DNA of 64,000 bases, taken from the NCBI GenBank assembly GCA_963846245.1, contig CAWJVI010000014.1, positions 100,431 through 164,430 of the forward strand. The letters run 5' to 3'. Of the stretch, positions 7,578-17,273 are shown in pieces (within the stretch, counting starts at the first letter, position 1; each line of letters starts with the position of its first letter). The DNA comes from an uncultured Acidobacteriaceae bacterium. Its GTDB lineage: Bacteria; Acidobacteriota; Terriglobia; Terriglobales; Acidobacteriaceae. The position numbers were made by a program, and so were the translations under genes. The notes under the pieces are model-generated. The model made no database searches and was not told the origin of the DNA. It worked only from the letters and a program-made list of their open reading frames with translations.

Positions 7578-9713
7578 TCAGTGATACACGTAATAAAACA
7601 CGAACCCTACGAGGCCGGCGGTCATTACCAGCGCGTACCACTGGACCTGGCCCCACTCGAACAGGCGCGCGGGATAACTCAGCATGCGCGCCAGAATTGC
7701 GGGACCGTTCACGCCGATGCCGTCGATGATCCATTTGTCCCACCAGCTGGAGATTGTCGCGAACAGGCGCGTCGTCCAGCCGGCGCCGTTGACCGCGCCG
7801 TCGATCACATGGGAATCAAACCACGAACTGGCTTCGCCGAGTCCCATCACGCCCAGGCGCACGTCGCCGACCTTGCGGCGTCCGGTAAAGACGTAATCGT
7901 AGCCTTCGTCGACGTAATACTTGTTGAGCAGCGTGTTGTAAACAGGCGGCGCCGCGACGGCGAGGGGTTCGGTGTAACCCTTGTCGGCGTGGCGATAACT
8001 TCGCCACGCGATGCCCCATCCGAGACCCGCTGCGCCCAGGGACAATCCCATAAGCAGCCATTCTGTACTGCTGTTGTGTTCTTCTTCTTTCGCTCCGGTG
8101 TACAACTGACCTGTTTGCCCCTCTTGCTGGAGAACGCGAGCTTCGGGCGAGAAAACGGGCTCAAGGAATTTCGTGAAGCGATCGGAACCTCCAAGACTGT
8201 GCGGCCAGCCCAGCCACCCAGCGACGATGGCGCAGAGCGCCAGCGCAACCAGCGGAGCCGTCATCGACACTGGCGATTCGTGAATGTGATGTTCCACGTC
8301 GTGGCTCATGCGCGGGCGCCCGTGAAACGTCAGATACATGAGGCGAAACATATAAAAAGCCGTCATCAACGCGGTGGCGTAGCCGATATACCACAGAAAG
8401 CGATACGCGCCGCCTTCGCGCGACCACGTCTCCCAGAGGATGGCGTCTTTCGAGAAGAAGCCTGCGAACGGGAAAATGCCCGCGATCGCCAGCGTGGCGA
8501 TGAACATGGTCCAGTGTGTGACGGGGATGCGCTTGTGCAGGTCGCCCATGTTGCGCATGTTCTGCTCGCCGCTCATGGCGTGAATCACCGAGCCGGCGCC
8601 GAGGAAGAGCAGGGCTTTGAAGAAGGCGTGGGTGAAGACGTGGAAGACGGCGGCGGAGAATGCTCCGACGCCGAGAGCGAGGAACATGTAGCCGAGTTGC
8701 GAGACGGTGGAGTACGCCAGCACGCGTTTGATGTCGTTCTGCACCAGGCCGATGGACGCGGCGAAGATGGCGGTGAGCGCGCCCACGATGGCAACCGTCT
8801 TCATCGAGGTGGGCGCGAGCACGAATAGCGCGTTCGAGCGCGCGACCATGTAGACGCCTGCAGTGACCATGGTCGCGGCATGGATGAGTGCGGAAACCGG
8901 CGTGGGGCCTTCCATGGCGTCGGGCAGCCAGATATAGAGTGGGAGCTGTGCCGACTTGCCGCAGGCTCCGACAAAAAGAAGAAGCGTGGCGGCGGTGATG
9001 TAGGTTAGCGTTTCGGGCGAGAGATTTCCTGCGCGGGCCAGGGTTGTGACTTTGGTGAATTGAAGCGAGCCGAAGATCCAGGCGATGAAGAACATCCCCA
9101 GCAGGAATCCGGCATCCCCGATGCGATTGACGATGAATGCTTTGTTGGCTGCGTCGCTGGCCGACTTGCGGTGGAAATAAAAACCGATCAGCAGATACGA
9201 ACACAAGCCCACGCCTTCCCAGCCGACGAACAACAGCACATAGTTGTTGGCCAGGATCAGGGTCAGCATGGAAAACATGAAGAGGTTGAGGTATCCGAAG
9301 AAGCGGTAGTATCCGCCTTCATGGGCCATGTATCCGGTGGAATAAATGTGGATCAGCATGCCGACGCCGGTAACGAACAGCAACCAGATGCTGGAGAGCG
9401 GATCGAGCAGAAACCCGGCATCGGCACGGAATTCGGCGGGCGTGCCGGATTGTGTTTTGTAAGTTAGATGGCCGGTGTCGCTGCCGAGCCAGGTGTAGAG
9501 CGTCTTCTCGAAAGGCTGATGAAAATGTTCGGGCGACGATGACCACGCCGAGTATTGCCACACCGCGCCGCAAGCCATGAGGAACGCCAGCACGATCGTC
9601 CCCACGCACACCGCGTTTACCGTAGTCTTCTGCAGCTTGCGTCCGAAAAAAAACATGACGGCAGCGCCGAAGGCCGGCATCAGCGGGATTAGCCAGATGT
9701 GAGAGAGAAACAT
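7578..9713 (-). CDS. nuoL: NADH-quinone oxidoreductase subunit L (cluster 1)
   Basis: 711 aa with typical NuoL motifs (WEGVGLCSYLLIGF, LPDAMEGPTPVSALIHAATMVTAG). Confidence 0.93.
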   Translation of the reverse strand: MFLSHIWLIPLMPAFGAAVMFFFGRKLQKTTVNAVCVGTIVLAFLMACGAVWQYSAWSSSPEHFHQPFEKTLYTWLGSDTGHLTYKTQSGTPAEFRADAGFLLDPLSSIWLLFVTGVGMLIHIYSTGYMAHEGGYYRFFGYLNLFMFSMLTLILANNYVLLFVGWEGVGLCSYLLIGFYFHRKSASDAANKAFIVNRIGDAGFLLGMFFIAWIFGSLQFTKVTTLARAGNLSPETLTYITAATLLLFVGACGKSAQLPLYIWLPDAMEGPTPVSALIHAATMVTAGVYMVARSNALFVLAPTSMKTVAIVGALTAIFAASIGLVQNDIKRVLAYSTVSQLGYMFLALGVGAFSAAVFHVFTHAFFKALLFLGAGSVIHAMSGEQNMRNMGDLHKRIPVTHWTMFIATLAIAGIFPFAGFFSKDAILWETWSREGGAYRFLWYIGYATALMTAFYMFRLMYLTFHGRPRMSHDVEHHIHESPVSMTAPLVALALCAIVAGWLGWPHSLGGSDRFTKFLEPVFSPEARVLQQEGQTGQLYTGAKEEEHNSSTEWLLMGLSLGAAGLGWGIAWRSYRHADKGYTEPLAVAAPPVYNTLLNKYYVDEGYDYVFTGRRKVGDVRLGVMGLGEASSWFDSHVIDGAVNGAGWTTRLFATISSWWDKWIIDGIGVNGPAILARMLSYPARLFEWGQVQWYALVMTAGLVGFVFYYVYH

Positions 9714-9730
9714 TTGTTATCAGTTCGGGT

Positions 9731-9802
9731 GCTAGCCTTTAGCCTTTAGCTCTTAGCTCAAACAAACCTGTAGGGTTTTGGCTAAGAGCTAATAGCTAAA
9801 GC
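9731..9802. repeat. Heptad-periodic hairpin in the nuoL-nuoK spacer
   Basis: agccttt agccttt agctctt agctcaa ... gctaaga gctaata gctaaag. A 22-nt stem with about 3 mismatches. Confidence 0.85.
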
Positions 9803-9808
9803 TGTTTT

Positions 9809-10144
9809 TCACCACTTCAGCAAATTCACTTCGTCCACGTTGATCGTCTCCTTGTTACGGAAGAAGGCGATCAGGATTCCCAGGCCGACTGCGGCTTCCG
9901 CGGCGGCGTCGGTGATTACAAAAATTGCGAACACCTGGCCGTGCAGGGCGTTTGGCCCTTGAATACCCTGCCAATAATGCGAGAAGGCGACCAGGTTCAA
10001 GTTCACCGCGTTCAGGATTAACTCGATCGACATCAGGACGATCACTATGTTTCGGCGCGTGAGTACACCGATCACTCCCAAAAGAAACAGGGCCGCGCTG
10101 AGCACCATGTAATGTAACGTCGAGATGTGGAGCATTGTGTCCAT
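9809..10144 (-). CDS. nuoK: NADH-quinone oxidoreductase subunit K (cluster 1)
   Basis: About 110 aa, containing [36 protein letters not shown]. The start is uncertain (TTG 10156, ATG 10144 or ATG 10135). Confidence 0.88.
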   Translation of the reverse strand: MDTMLHISTLHYMVLSAALFLLGVIGVLTRRNIVIVLMSIELILNAVNLNLVAFSHYWQGIQGPNALHGQVFAIFVITDAAAEAAVGLGILIAFFRNKETINVDEVNLLKW

Positions 10145-10155
10145 ATCAGCTCGCA

Positions 10156-10232
10156 AGCTCTTAGCAATTAGCAGTTGGCCTTCGGAAAACCGTTGGCCCG
10201 GCTAAATGCCAACCGCTAATTGCCAATTGCCT
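10156..10232. repeat. Heptad-periodic hairpin in the nuoK-nuoJ spacer
   Basis: agctctt agcaatt agcagtt ggccttc ... gctaaat gccaacc gctaatt gccaatt gcc. gcaattagcagttggc pairs with gccaaccgctaattgc (1 mismatch). Confidence 0.8.
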
Positions 10233-10236
10233 CTTC

Positions 10237-10748
<512 letters not shown>

Positions 10749-10752
<4 letters not shown>

Positions 10753-12071
10753 AGAATGCCCGCCACCCAGTGCCCAAGTTCCGAACGCATCCCCATGACC
10801 GCGGTCAGGATCAACAATCCCAATCCCATGGGCAACAGAATTTTCCATCCTACTTTCATCAGTTGGTCAAAGCGGTAACGCGGGAACGTGCCACGATACC
10901 AGATATACATGTACATGAACGCCGCAACTTTAATCGCGAACCAGTAAATATCCTGCACGCGAACGAAAACTGCCGGAACAAATAAGACGAGACCAATCAA
11001 GCCGAGCAGCGCGCCGAAGCCGGCGAGGCCGATGGTCTGAATTTTGAAATATGGATGCTTCGGCATGCGCGCCGTGCTGTAGAAGCAAATCGCCGCGAGG
11101 AACAAGAACGTGATTCCGGGGAAAAGGTTGAAGACCAAATCCCAGGTCGTACCGTGCAGCAGGTTCGGGAACGGACGCAGCCATCCACCCAGCCACAAGG
11201 TGACCGCGATGGAGGAAACCGCAATCATCGCGGAATATTCGGCCAGAAAAAACAGCGACCAGCGAAAGCCGCTGTATTCCGTGTGAAAACCGGCGGTCAA
11301 CTCCGACTCTGCTTCGGGCAGATCGAACGGCGCGCGGTTCGTTTCGGCAACCATGGCGATGGCAAAGATGAAAAATGCGATCAGGCCCAGCGGAAAAAAC
11401 TTGAAGACGAACCAGACGCCCTGCTCCTGTTGCGCCTGCACGATGCCGATCATGCTCAACGTGCCGGTGTCACCCGCGCCTGCGACACCGGCGCCGTAAA
11501 GTCCAAGCCCGTGCAGGCTGGTCATGAGGATCGCCGAAACCACCGCCAGACCCATGGCCACTTCATAGGAAACCATTTGCGCGCTCGAGCGCAGAGCGCC
11601 AATCAGAGGATAGTGCGAATTCGACGCCCAGCCCGCCATCACAACACCGAGCACGCTCAACGACGACACGCCCAACATGAAGAGGATGCCGATATTCATG
11701 TCGGTGATGGCATGCGTCGGACCGAATGGAACCACAACGAAGACCGTGAACGCCGCGAGCACCACGATGAACGGCGCGATCCAGAACACGAACGCGTCGG
11801 CTTCGGCGGGCATGATGTCTTCTTTCAACAGCAGTTTGATGGCATCGGCGATGGGCTGCAGCAGGCCGTGCGGGCCCACACGCATCGGACCGAGGCGCAC
11901 CTGCATGTGAGCGAGAATCTTGCGCTCGAGCCAGTTCATCGCAATCACCGCGACGGAGAGGCCGAGGAAAACGAGGAGAATGTAGACGAAGGCCCAAAAG
12001 AAATTTCCGGCGGCGCCGGGCGTCAGGTTGCTGGTGAGGTAGGACTTTATGTAATCGATGATGGGCTGCAT
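10749..12071 (-). CDS. nuoH: NADH-quinone oxidoreductase subunit H (cluster 1), long form
   Basis: Start MQPIIDYIK... overlaps the nuoD stop by 1 nt. Contains the NuoH motifs WLERKILAHMQVRLGPMRVGPHGLLQP and ETNRAPFDLPEAESEL. About 440 aa. Confidence 0.9.
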
Positions 12072-13222
12072 CAGCGGTCCACCTCGCCTAAAACAATGTC
12101 GAGGGTGCCGATCACGGCGACCACGTCTGCCACCATGGCTCCGCGGCACATTACGTCGAGCGCCTGTAGGTTCACGAGAGACGGAGGACGCACGCGCACG
12201 CGGTATGGCTGCGTGGAGCCGTCGCTCACGATGAAATATCCCAGCTCGCCCTTCGGCGCTTCGATCGAGTGATAAACCTCGCCCACCGGCGGCTTCATCA
12301 CTTTCGGAACTTTCGCCATCACGGGGCCTTCGGGCAAGCCGTCCACCGCCTGCTGGATGATGCGCAGCGATTGCCGGAACTCCGCCATCCGCACCAAGTA
12401 CCGGTCATAGGTATCGCCGTTTTGTCCGGTGGGAATTTCGAAATCGAAATTCTTGTAGTTGGCGTAAGGCTGAGCCTTGCGCAGGTCCCACTTCACGCCG
12501 CTGGCACGCAGCACCGGTCCGGTAACGCCCAGCGCGATTGCGTCTTTCGCGGAGATGACACCGACACCTTTCGTGCGCTCGACCCAGATTCGATTCGTCG
12601 TCAGCAGCTCTTCGTATTCGTCAATCTTCGGCGTGACGAACGCAACAAAGTTCTTCACATCTTTCTCGAAGCCGTCGTAGGCTTCATATTGCAATCCGCC
12701 GATGCGAAAGGCGTGCGTAGTAAGACGAGCGCCGCAATATTTTTCGAAAATCTTGAGAATCTCTTCGCGGTCGCGGAACGTGTAGAACAGCGGCGTGATG
12801 GCGCCGATATCAAGTGCGTGCGTGCCCAGCCAAAGCTGGTGGCTCGCCATACGATTCAGTTCAGTCAGGATGACGCGAATATATTGCGCGCGCGGCGGAG
12901 CTTCCACGCCCAGCAGCTTCTCCACCGTTTCGCAGTATCCCAGGCCGTTCGAAACCGCGGCCACGTAATCCATGCGGTCGACGTAGGGATTGAACATGGT
13001 GTACGTGCGGTTCTCGGCAATTTTTTCGACGCCGCGATGCAGATAGCCAATCACGCACTCCAGGCCCATCACCTTCTCGCCATCCAGCCGCAGAATTACG
13101 CGCAGCACACCGTGGGTCGCGGGATGCTGCGGCCCCATGTTGATGACAAGCTCGTTCGCATCGAGGAACGTCTTGTCGGGCGTTTCGAGATCGAGCGGCG
13201 AGAGTGTGTTCGGTTCGGTCAT
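12071..13222 (-). CDS. nuoD: NADH-quinone oxidoreductase subunit D (cluster 1), short variant
   Basis: 383 aa. Motifs: [23 protein letters not shown], and a C-terminus ending in IVLGEVDR. It lacks about 25 aa relative to the cluster-2 paralog (see findings). Confidence 0.92.
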   Translation of the reverse strand: MTEPNTLSPLDLETPDKTFLDANELVINMGPQHPATHGVLRVILRLDGEKVMGLECVIGYLHRGVEKIAENRTYTMFNPYVDRMDYVAAVSNGLGYCETVEKLLGVEAPPRAQYIRVILTELNRMASHQLWLGTHALDIGAITPLFYTFRDREEILKIFEKYCGARLTTHAFRIGGLQYEAYDGFEKDVKNFVAFVTPKIDEYEELLTTNRIWVERTKGVGVISAKDAIALGVTGPVLRASGVKWDLRKAQPYANYKNFDFEIPTGQNGDTYDRYLVRMAEFRQSLRIIQQAVDGLPEGPVMAKVPKVMKPPVGEVYHSIEAPKGELGYFIVSDGSTQPYRVRVRPPSLVNLQALDVMCRGAMVADVVAVIGTLDIVLGEVDR

Positions 13223-13258
13223 TAACAGTCTGTAGTTCTGTCGTGCTATAGCTCCGTT

Positions 13259-14023
13259 TTACTGTCCGCTTTCGATGCCCAGGTTGATCTGCACCCACTC
13301 GTTGTCCTGCTGCAGGATGCCGTAATCTTTGCGCAGCGGATGTCCCTTCCAGCCGTCGGGCAGCAGGATGCGCTTCATGTCCGGATGCCCGTCAAACTTG
13401 ATGCCGAACATGTCGTACACTTCGCGCTCCAGCCAATTCGTCGTCGCCCAGATCGGAACGGAACTCGGCACGGTCTCGCCATCGGCAATGCGTGTGGTTA
13501 CGCGGATGCGCTCGTTGCGCGGAAATGAATAAAGTACCCACACCACATCGAACTGCTTTTCGCGCTGAGGATAGTGCACTGCTGTCAGATCGACGCAGTA
13601 ATCGAAGTGCTCTTCGTTGTGCAGGACCTGCAAAATTTCAGGGATGAGCGAGCGGTCCACCACCATGTAATCCTGGCCGAGATGCGTCAGCGGCTCGACT
13701 CCCGAACCATATTGTTGCTTGAACTTTGCCACCATGGGCGAATCCCACGGAGTTGGTACGGGCGCGGCCGGCTTCGCAGGAGCAGCATGCGCCGCGGCAG
13801 GAGCAGCGGGTTTCGCAGCAGCGGCAGGGGCGGGCGCAGCCGCCGCGGGTTTCGGCGGAACTGCCGCAGCAGCCGCAGGCTTGTCGGGAGGGATGTTCGA
13901 CTCGGATTGAACCGAGCCTGACTCAGTAGCTTTGACTCCGCCTGGGGTCGCGGGCTGATCCGCCGTCGGCTTGGGCGCACCATCCGGCGGCGGTGAAGAC
14001 GGGGATTTGGTTTCGTCCGGCAT
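13259..14023 (-). CDS. nuoC: NADH-quinone oxidoreductase subunit C (cluster 1), with a possible Pro/Ala-rich N-terminal extension
   Basis: The C-terminal ~158 aa are canonical NuoC (NWLEREVYDMFGIKFDGHPDMKRILLPDGWKGHPLRKDY). The first ~96 aa are low-complexity P/A/K. An alternative ATG at 13735 would remove them. Confidence 0.85.
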   Translation of the reverse strand: MPDETKSPSSPPPDGAPKPTADQPATPGGVKATESGSVQSESNIPPDKPAAAAAVPPKPAAAAPAPAAAAKPAAPAAAHAAPAKPAAPVPTPWDSPMVAKFKQQYGSGVEPLTHLGQDYMVVDRSLIPEILQVLHNEEHFDYCVDLTAVHYPQREKQFDVVWVLYSFPRNERIRVTTRIADGETVPSSVPIWATTNWLEREVYDMFGIKFDGHPDMKRILLPDGWKGHPLRKDYGILQQDNEWVQINLGIESGQ

Positions 14024-14148
14024 AGCTCGCGAACGCGCAGACCTCGGCGCAGTCTGCGTTGAAAAGAACGTTAACTTTTATCAGCTTGGAGAAACGGTGT
14101 CAACGAGGTTGATGGAACACGAATGTCAGCACGAATGAAATTGAGAAT

Positions 14149-14322
14149 GTCATTCTGAGCGAAGTGTTTGCTTCGCGAAGCGGAGCAAACACGCAGTCGA
14201 AGAATCCCTCGCAGAGCCCCACTGCCGCGTACCTTAGTGCGAGGGGCAGAAGTCGTGAAAGGTAGGGATCTTTCGACTGCGTTGTCGTTCGCTTCGCGGA
14301 CGACAACTTCGCTCAAGATGAC
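14149..14322. repeat. 174-bp palindromic MITE/REP-like element (gtcattctgagcgaag variant) inside nuo cluster 1
   Basis: The outer arms gtcattctgagcgaag / cttcgctcaagatgac pair. A second stem gcagtcgaagaatccctc / gtagggatctttcgactgc also pairs. Two internal hairpins are present (gtgtttgct..agcaaacac and gttgtcgt..acgacaac). Confidence 0.8.
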
Positions 14323-14382
14323 AACAGCACGAGAAGCAGACAAATGCAGGTGGGCGGCAATCAGAATGCGCGTGAGATTTTT

Positions 14383-14718
14383 CTAGACGCGCAACTGCGC
14401 TTGATACGCCTCAATCAGCGATCGGATACGTTGCGCATCTGCTTTGCGGTGACCGTGGCTGGTGATGGGGTCGGTGCCGCCGGTGGATTCGATACGGATT
14501 TCTGCCCAGAACACGCCCGTGGCAATATGTACCGACGCCACTTTCGTCATGGCAATGCTTTCTTCGTTGCTGCCGAAGAAACGCGACTTCACGCGGCTCA
14601 CGCGTTGCGGACTCACGACCAGCCGTGTGGGAAACAGAAAGTTGCCGTGCGTCCAGCGACTGGCGCTGAACGTGTCCGTGGGCCCACTGCCTGCGGAAGT
14701 AGCCGGCGTTACACCCAT
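14383..14718 (-). CDS. Small bacterial PH-domain-like protein (bPH_2-like)
   Basis: 111 aa. The pattern [58 protein letters not shown] resembles bacterial PH (YdbS/YdbT-type) domains. It overlaps the nuoA 3' end by 10 nt. Confidence 0.45.
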   Translation of the reverse strand: MGVTPATSAGSGPTDTFSASRWTHGNFLFPTRLVVSPQRVSRVKSRFFGSNEESIAMTKVASVHIATGVFWAEIRIESTGGTDPITSHGHRKADAQRIRSLIEAYQAQLRV

Positions 14719-15065
14719 TCCAGCGCGCCTTTTTTCCAGACCCAGATGTAGCCAACGATCAGGATGGCCAGAAAGATCAGCATCTCGACCAGGCCGAATA
14801 GTCCGAAAGCCTTGAACTTCACCGCCCAGGGAAACAGAAAAATTGTTTCCACGTCGAAGACAACGAAAAGAATCGCGATGATGTAATACCGAACCGTATA
14901 GCGGCCGCGAGCGCTGTCAATGGGGTCAATGCCGCATTCGTACGGCATAAGCTTGGTCTTGCTGGGATTGTCCGGACGCACCAGCTTCGCCGCCAGCAAC
15001 GTAACCGGCAGCATCACGCCAACCAATGCGATGAAGATAAAAATGGGAACGTAGTTTTGCGGCAT
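14709..15065 (-). CDS. nuoA: NADH-quinone oxidoreductase subunit A (cluster 1)
   Basis: 118 aa, containing YECGIDP...[24 protein letters not shown]. Confidence 0.92.
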   Translation of the reverse strand: MPQNYVPIFIFIALVGVMLPVTLLAAKLVRPDNPSKTKLMPYECGIDPIDSARGRYTVRYYIIAILFVVFDVETIFLFPWAVKFKAFGLFGLVEMLIFLAILIVGYIWVWKKGALEWV

Positions 15066-15094
15066 AGGCTTCGTTCAACAGTGAAAGCGAACTA

Positions 15095-15123
15095 ATACTA
15101 TCGCTGTCTCTACGCACCTTCAA
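15095..15123 (-). promoter_or_regulatory. Candidate sigma70-type promoter for nuo cluster 1
   Basis: On the minus strand: TTGAAG, 17 nt, TAGTAT, about 30 nt upstream of the nuoA ATG. Pattern match only. Confidence 0.3.
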
Positions 15124-15192
15124 GCCCCCGCTTGCATTTCTTCTTATTTCGGTCACCTGAGTCGAGCCCTACGAGTGATTCTTGATCCGGCT

Positions 15193-15948
15193 TCACTGTT
15201 TTTCCCAGTGGGTCCGGCTGAATTGGGCGGGATCGAAAGTAGCTGGGTCGAGCTTAACGTTGGCTTGAATGTCCGAATATTCCTCGGTGAAAACAATTTT
15301 GTCGCCGACCTTCACTTCCACACGCGCCGCCACCCAACCTCCCGCCAGTTTGCGGTAATCTAAAAACCGGATATCGTCGAGCGTCTTGGGATCATTCTGC
15401 GAGGGCTCGATCACCCGCACGAACAGTAACGTATCTTTCTCCACCCAGAACTGCTTCGAGGTCAAATCGCCTTTGTCGGCGCCCACCACGTACGCGGGTC
15501 GGCCTTCCCAAAGGTCTTCTCGCAACTTCGTCAGGTCATAGCCTTCGCCTTTTACAACATTTATCGTGGTCTCCGGAGGCTGACGATATACATCAAATCC
15601 CAGGACTAACAATATGTTCACGTTGGCGCGCGACCCCGAAACCTTGCCGCCCCGGAACCGGGTCACGATTCCGTCGACGAAGAGAGCCCCGTTTCCGTCG
15701 CTCGGTTCCCCAAAGTCAATGCGCAGTTTTCCGGGCAGAAGCGCCGCCTCGTGCCACATATCGACTTTGCTTGTTCCGTCAGGTTTGTAGGTAGTGCTCT
15801 TTTGGGTAAAGGTTATCGTGCTGTACCAGGTCGTCTGGTAGCGGTCGTGCATTGCGCGTAAAAGGTCTTCGCCGTTTGCGATCTGCTGGGCATTTGCCAG
15901 CGTCAACGTCGGCAGAACAACAGCAAAGCAGAGCAAAAGTCGTCTCAT
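15193..15948 (-). CDS. Secreted LolA-fold / outer-membrane lipoprotein-sorting-like protein
   Basis: 251 aa with signal peptide MRRLLLCFAVVLPTLTLANAQ. It is beta-rich and its overall pattern resembles LolA-like (DUF1571-type) proteins. Family assignment is from memory. Confidence 0.45.
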   Translation of the reverse strand: MRRLLLCFAVVLPTLTLANAQQIANGEDLLRAMHDRYQTTWYSTITFTQKSTTYKPDGTSKVDMWHEAALLPGKLRIDFGEPSDGNGALFVDGIVTRFRGGKVSGSRANVNILLVLGFDVYRQPPETTINVVKGEGYDLTKLREDLWEGRPAYVVGADKGDLTSKQFWVEKDTLLFVRVIEPSQNDPKTLDDIRFLDYRKLAGGWVAARVEVKVGDKIVFTEEYSDIQANVKLDPATFDPAQFSRTHWEKQ

Positions 15949-16000
15949 GAGATTCCTGTCGGTGTAGGAGTCAGGAAGATTAAAGATACTACCTTACAAC

Positions 16001-16390
16001 TCAGCAGCGTTTGTCAGGAAGCAGGAACACGGTTCGAGCGAGGTCGGATTTCAGCGTCGCCTCATGATAATAGCGGCTGAGGATACCGTCCTTCCAGATC
16101 AGCAGGTCAGGATTCTGCCGGGCAAATCGTTCCCACTCCGCGCCCTCGCAGCGAGCCATGCGCTCGCGGATCAGAAAAAAATATGCGCAGGTGATGGTTT
16201 CGTTATACAGCTGCGATTTGCCACGAACGTTGGCAAAGTGCTTCAAAGCCGTGGCGAATCTCTCCAGCGCTTGCAGGACCGGATACTCGCACAAATAAGC
16301 AAATGCCAACCGGACATGGTCAGCATGGTGGAAAGAGTCGTCAGGGAGGGCATCAGATTCGAAGCGAAGAATGAGGTCGTTGTTAGTCAT
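16001..16390 (-). CDS. Conserved hypothetical protein
   Basis: The internal ATG (MTNNDLILRF...) is the preferred start. About 129 aa, helical, with no recognised motif. It lies downstream of the DoxX gene. Confidence 0.4.
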   Translation of the reverse strand: MTNNDLILRFESDALPDDSFHHADHVRLAFAYLCEYPVLQALERFATALKHFANVRGKSQLYNETITCAYFFLIRERMARCEGAEWERFARQNPDLLIWKDGILSRYYHEATLKSDLARTVFLLPDKRC

Positions 16391-16421
16391 GTGCGAACGC
16401 TCGGAAAACCGCACCGGCGGC

Positions 16422-16760
16422 TCACTTCCCCTTGCCGACCGCGACCGCCCATGCCGCAGCCGTGTAGATCACCAGATTGCCGACGTTGTACATACCGTGC
16501 AGGAGGTGAATCACGATCGCGAGCACGAATACCGCGGCCAGAACCCAACCGCCGCGAATCGCCGTTCGCGGAATCAGCAACAGCACCGAACCCACAACCT
16601 CGCCGCAGCCCAGAACCAGCCGCACAAAATTCGGCATGTGCGTTCGCGCAAAATCGTGGCCGGCACTGGGCAGAAGAAACAAAACAGACTCGATGAGAAT
16701 TACGACGCCCAGGGTCCACTGCAAACCGGTGAGGGCAATCTTGCTGCGTTGGTCGGCCAT
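16422..16760 (-). CDS. DoxX-family small membrane protein
   Basis: 112 aa with 4 TM segments and DoxX-like spacing (LVLGCGEVVGSVLLLIP ...). Confidence 0.55.
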   Translation of the reverse strand: MADQRSKIALTGLQWTLGVVILIESVLFLLPSAGHDFARTHMPNFVRLVLGCGEVVGSVLLLIPRTAIRGGWVLAAVFVLAIVIHLLHGMYNVGNLVIYTAAAWAVAVGKGK

Positions 16761-16771
16761 GTTCGCTCCCT

Positions 16772-17074
16772 TTACTTTTCTGTTGCCCGCTTGCGGACTG
16801 CTCTGCTCTTGATTTCTTTCAGCCGACGGCTGGCGCTGGAGTCGAGATCCAGTTCGTAGAACTTCTTCAACGCCTGGATGCGTTCCAGCGACGCCGGGCT
16901 GAACGGTATCTTCCCATCGAAGGCATGCAGCACAATGCCCTCCACCACATCGCCCAGCGTCATGTCGTGGTATTCAGCAAATGCCTTCAGGACTTTAAGA
17001 ATCCGCTTCTCGATGCGAACCCCGGTCTGCACTCTTTCCACTACCAGCTTTTGCTCGTCCACCATACGTACCAA
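16772..17074 (-). CDS. Hypothetical small protein (possible DNA-binding protein)
   Basis: 100 aa ORF with a TTG start at 17074 or an ATG at 17065. An 11-nt inverted repeat cgtaccaatgt/acataggtacg (17067-17096) overlaps the start region. Confidence 0.35.
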   Translation of the reverse strand: MVRMVDEQKLVVERVQTGVRIEKRILKVLKAFAEYHDMTLGDVVEGIVLHAFDGKIPFSPASLERIQALKKFYELDLDSSASRRLKEIKSRAVRKRATEK

Positions 17075-17273
17075 TGTACCAACTTACATAGGTACGCGCA
17101 AGGCAAACTCTTCGCCACGATCATTCGGATGCGATGACCACTCGGCCCACGTACGCTGCGGGGCTCGGGTTGTTTATAATCTCGTTTCAGCGTCTTCGTT
17201 GATCTCTAAGTGATCGATCGCTTAAACGATCTGCGCAGCGATTGCAGCGCGATTCCCTGCTCAAAGGACACTC

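Noticed and set aside
7533-8828. Long ORFs antisense to or overlapping strongly conserved genes: 7533..8828 (+, 431 aa), 11055..12272 (+, 405 aa), 12269..13225 (+, 318 aa), 4525..5439 (+, 304 aa), 36953..37978 (-, 341 aa), 24354..25169 (-, 271 aa), 20503..21330 (+, 275 aa), 8161..9204 (-, 347 aa).
   Set aside because: These are mirror-frame or off-frame ORFs of the kind expected in GC-rich DNA. Their translations are Arg/His/Gln/Gly-rich with no motifs. Each is fully covered by a gene with clear family signatures (nuoL, nuoH, nuoD, nuoN, GH57, and so on).
14071-14343. ORFs lying inside the palindromic repeat elements: 14071..14343, 3226..3414, 4134..4334 and 47731..48027.
   Set aside because: They are translations of the repeat DNA itself (for example VIPNRAKGAVRDPTS from gtcatcccgaa…gagggacc). 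The same peptides would recur wherever the element is inserted, so they are not independent genes.
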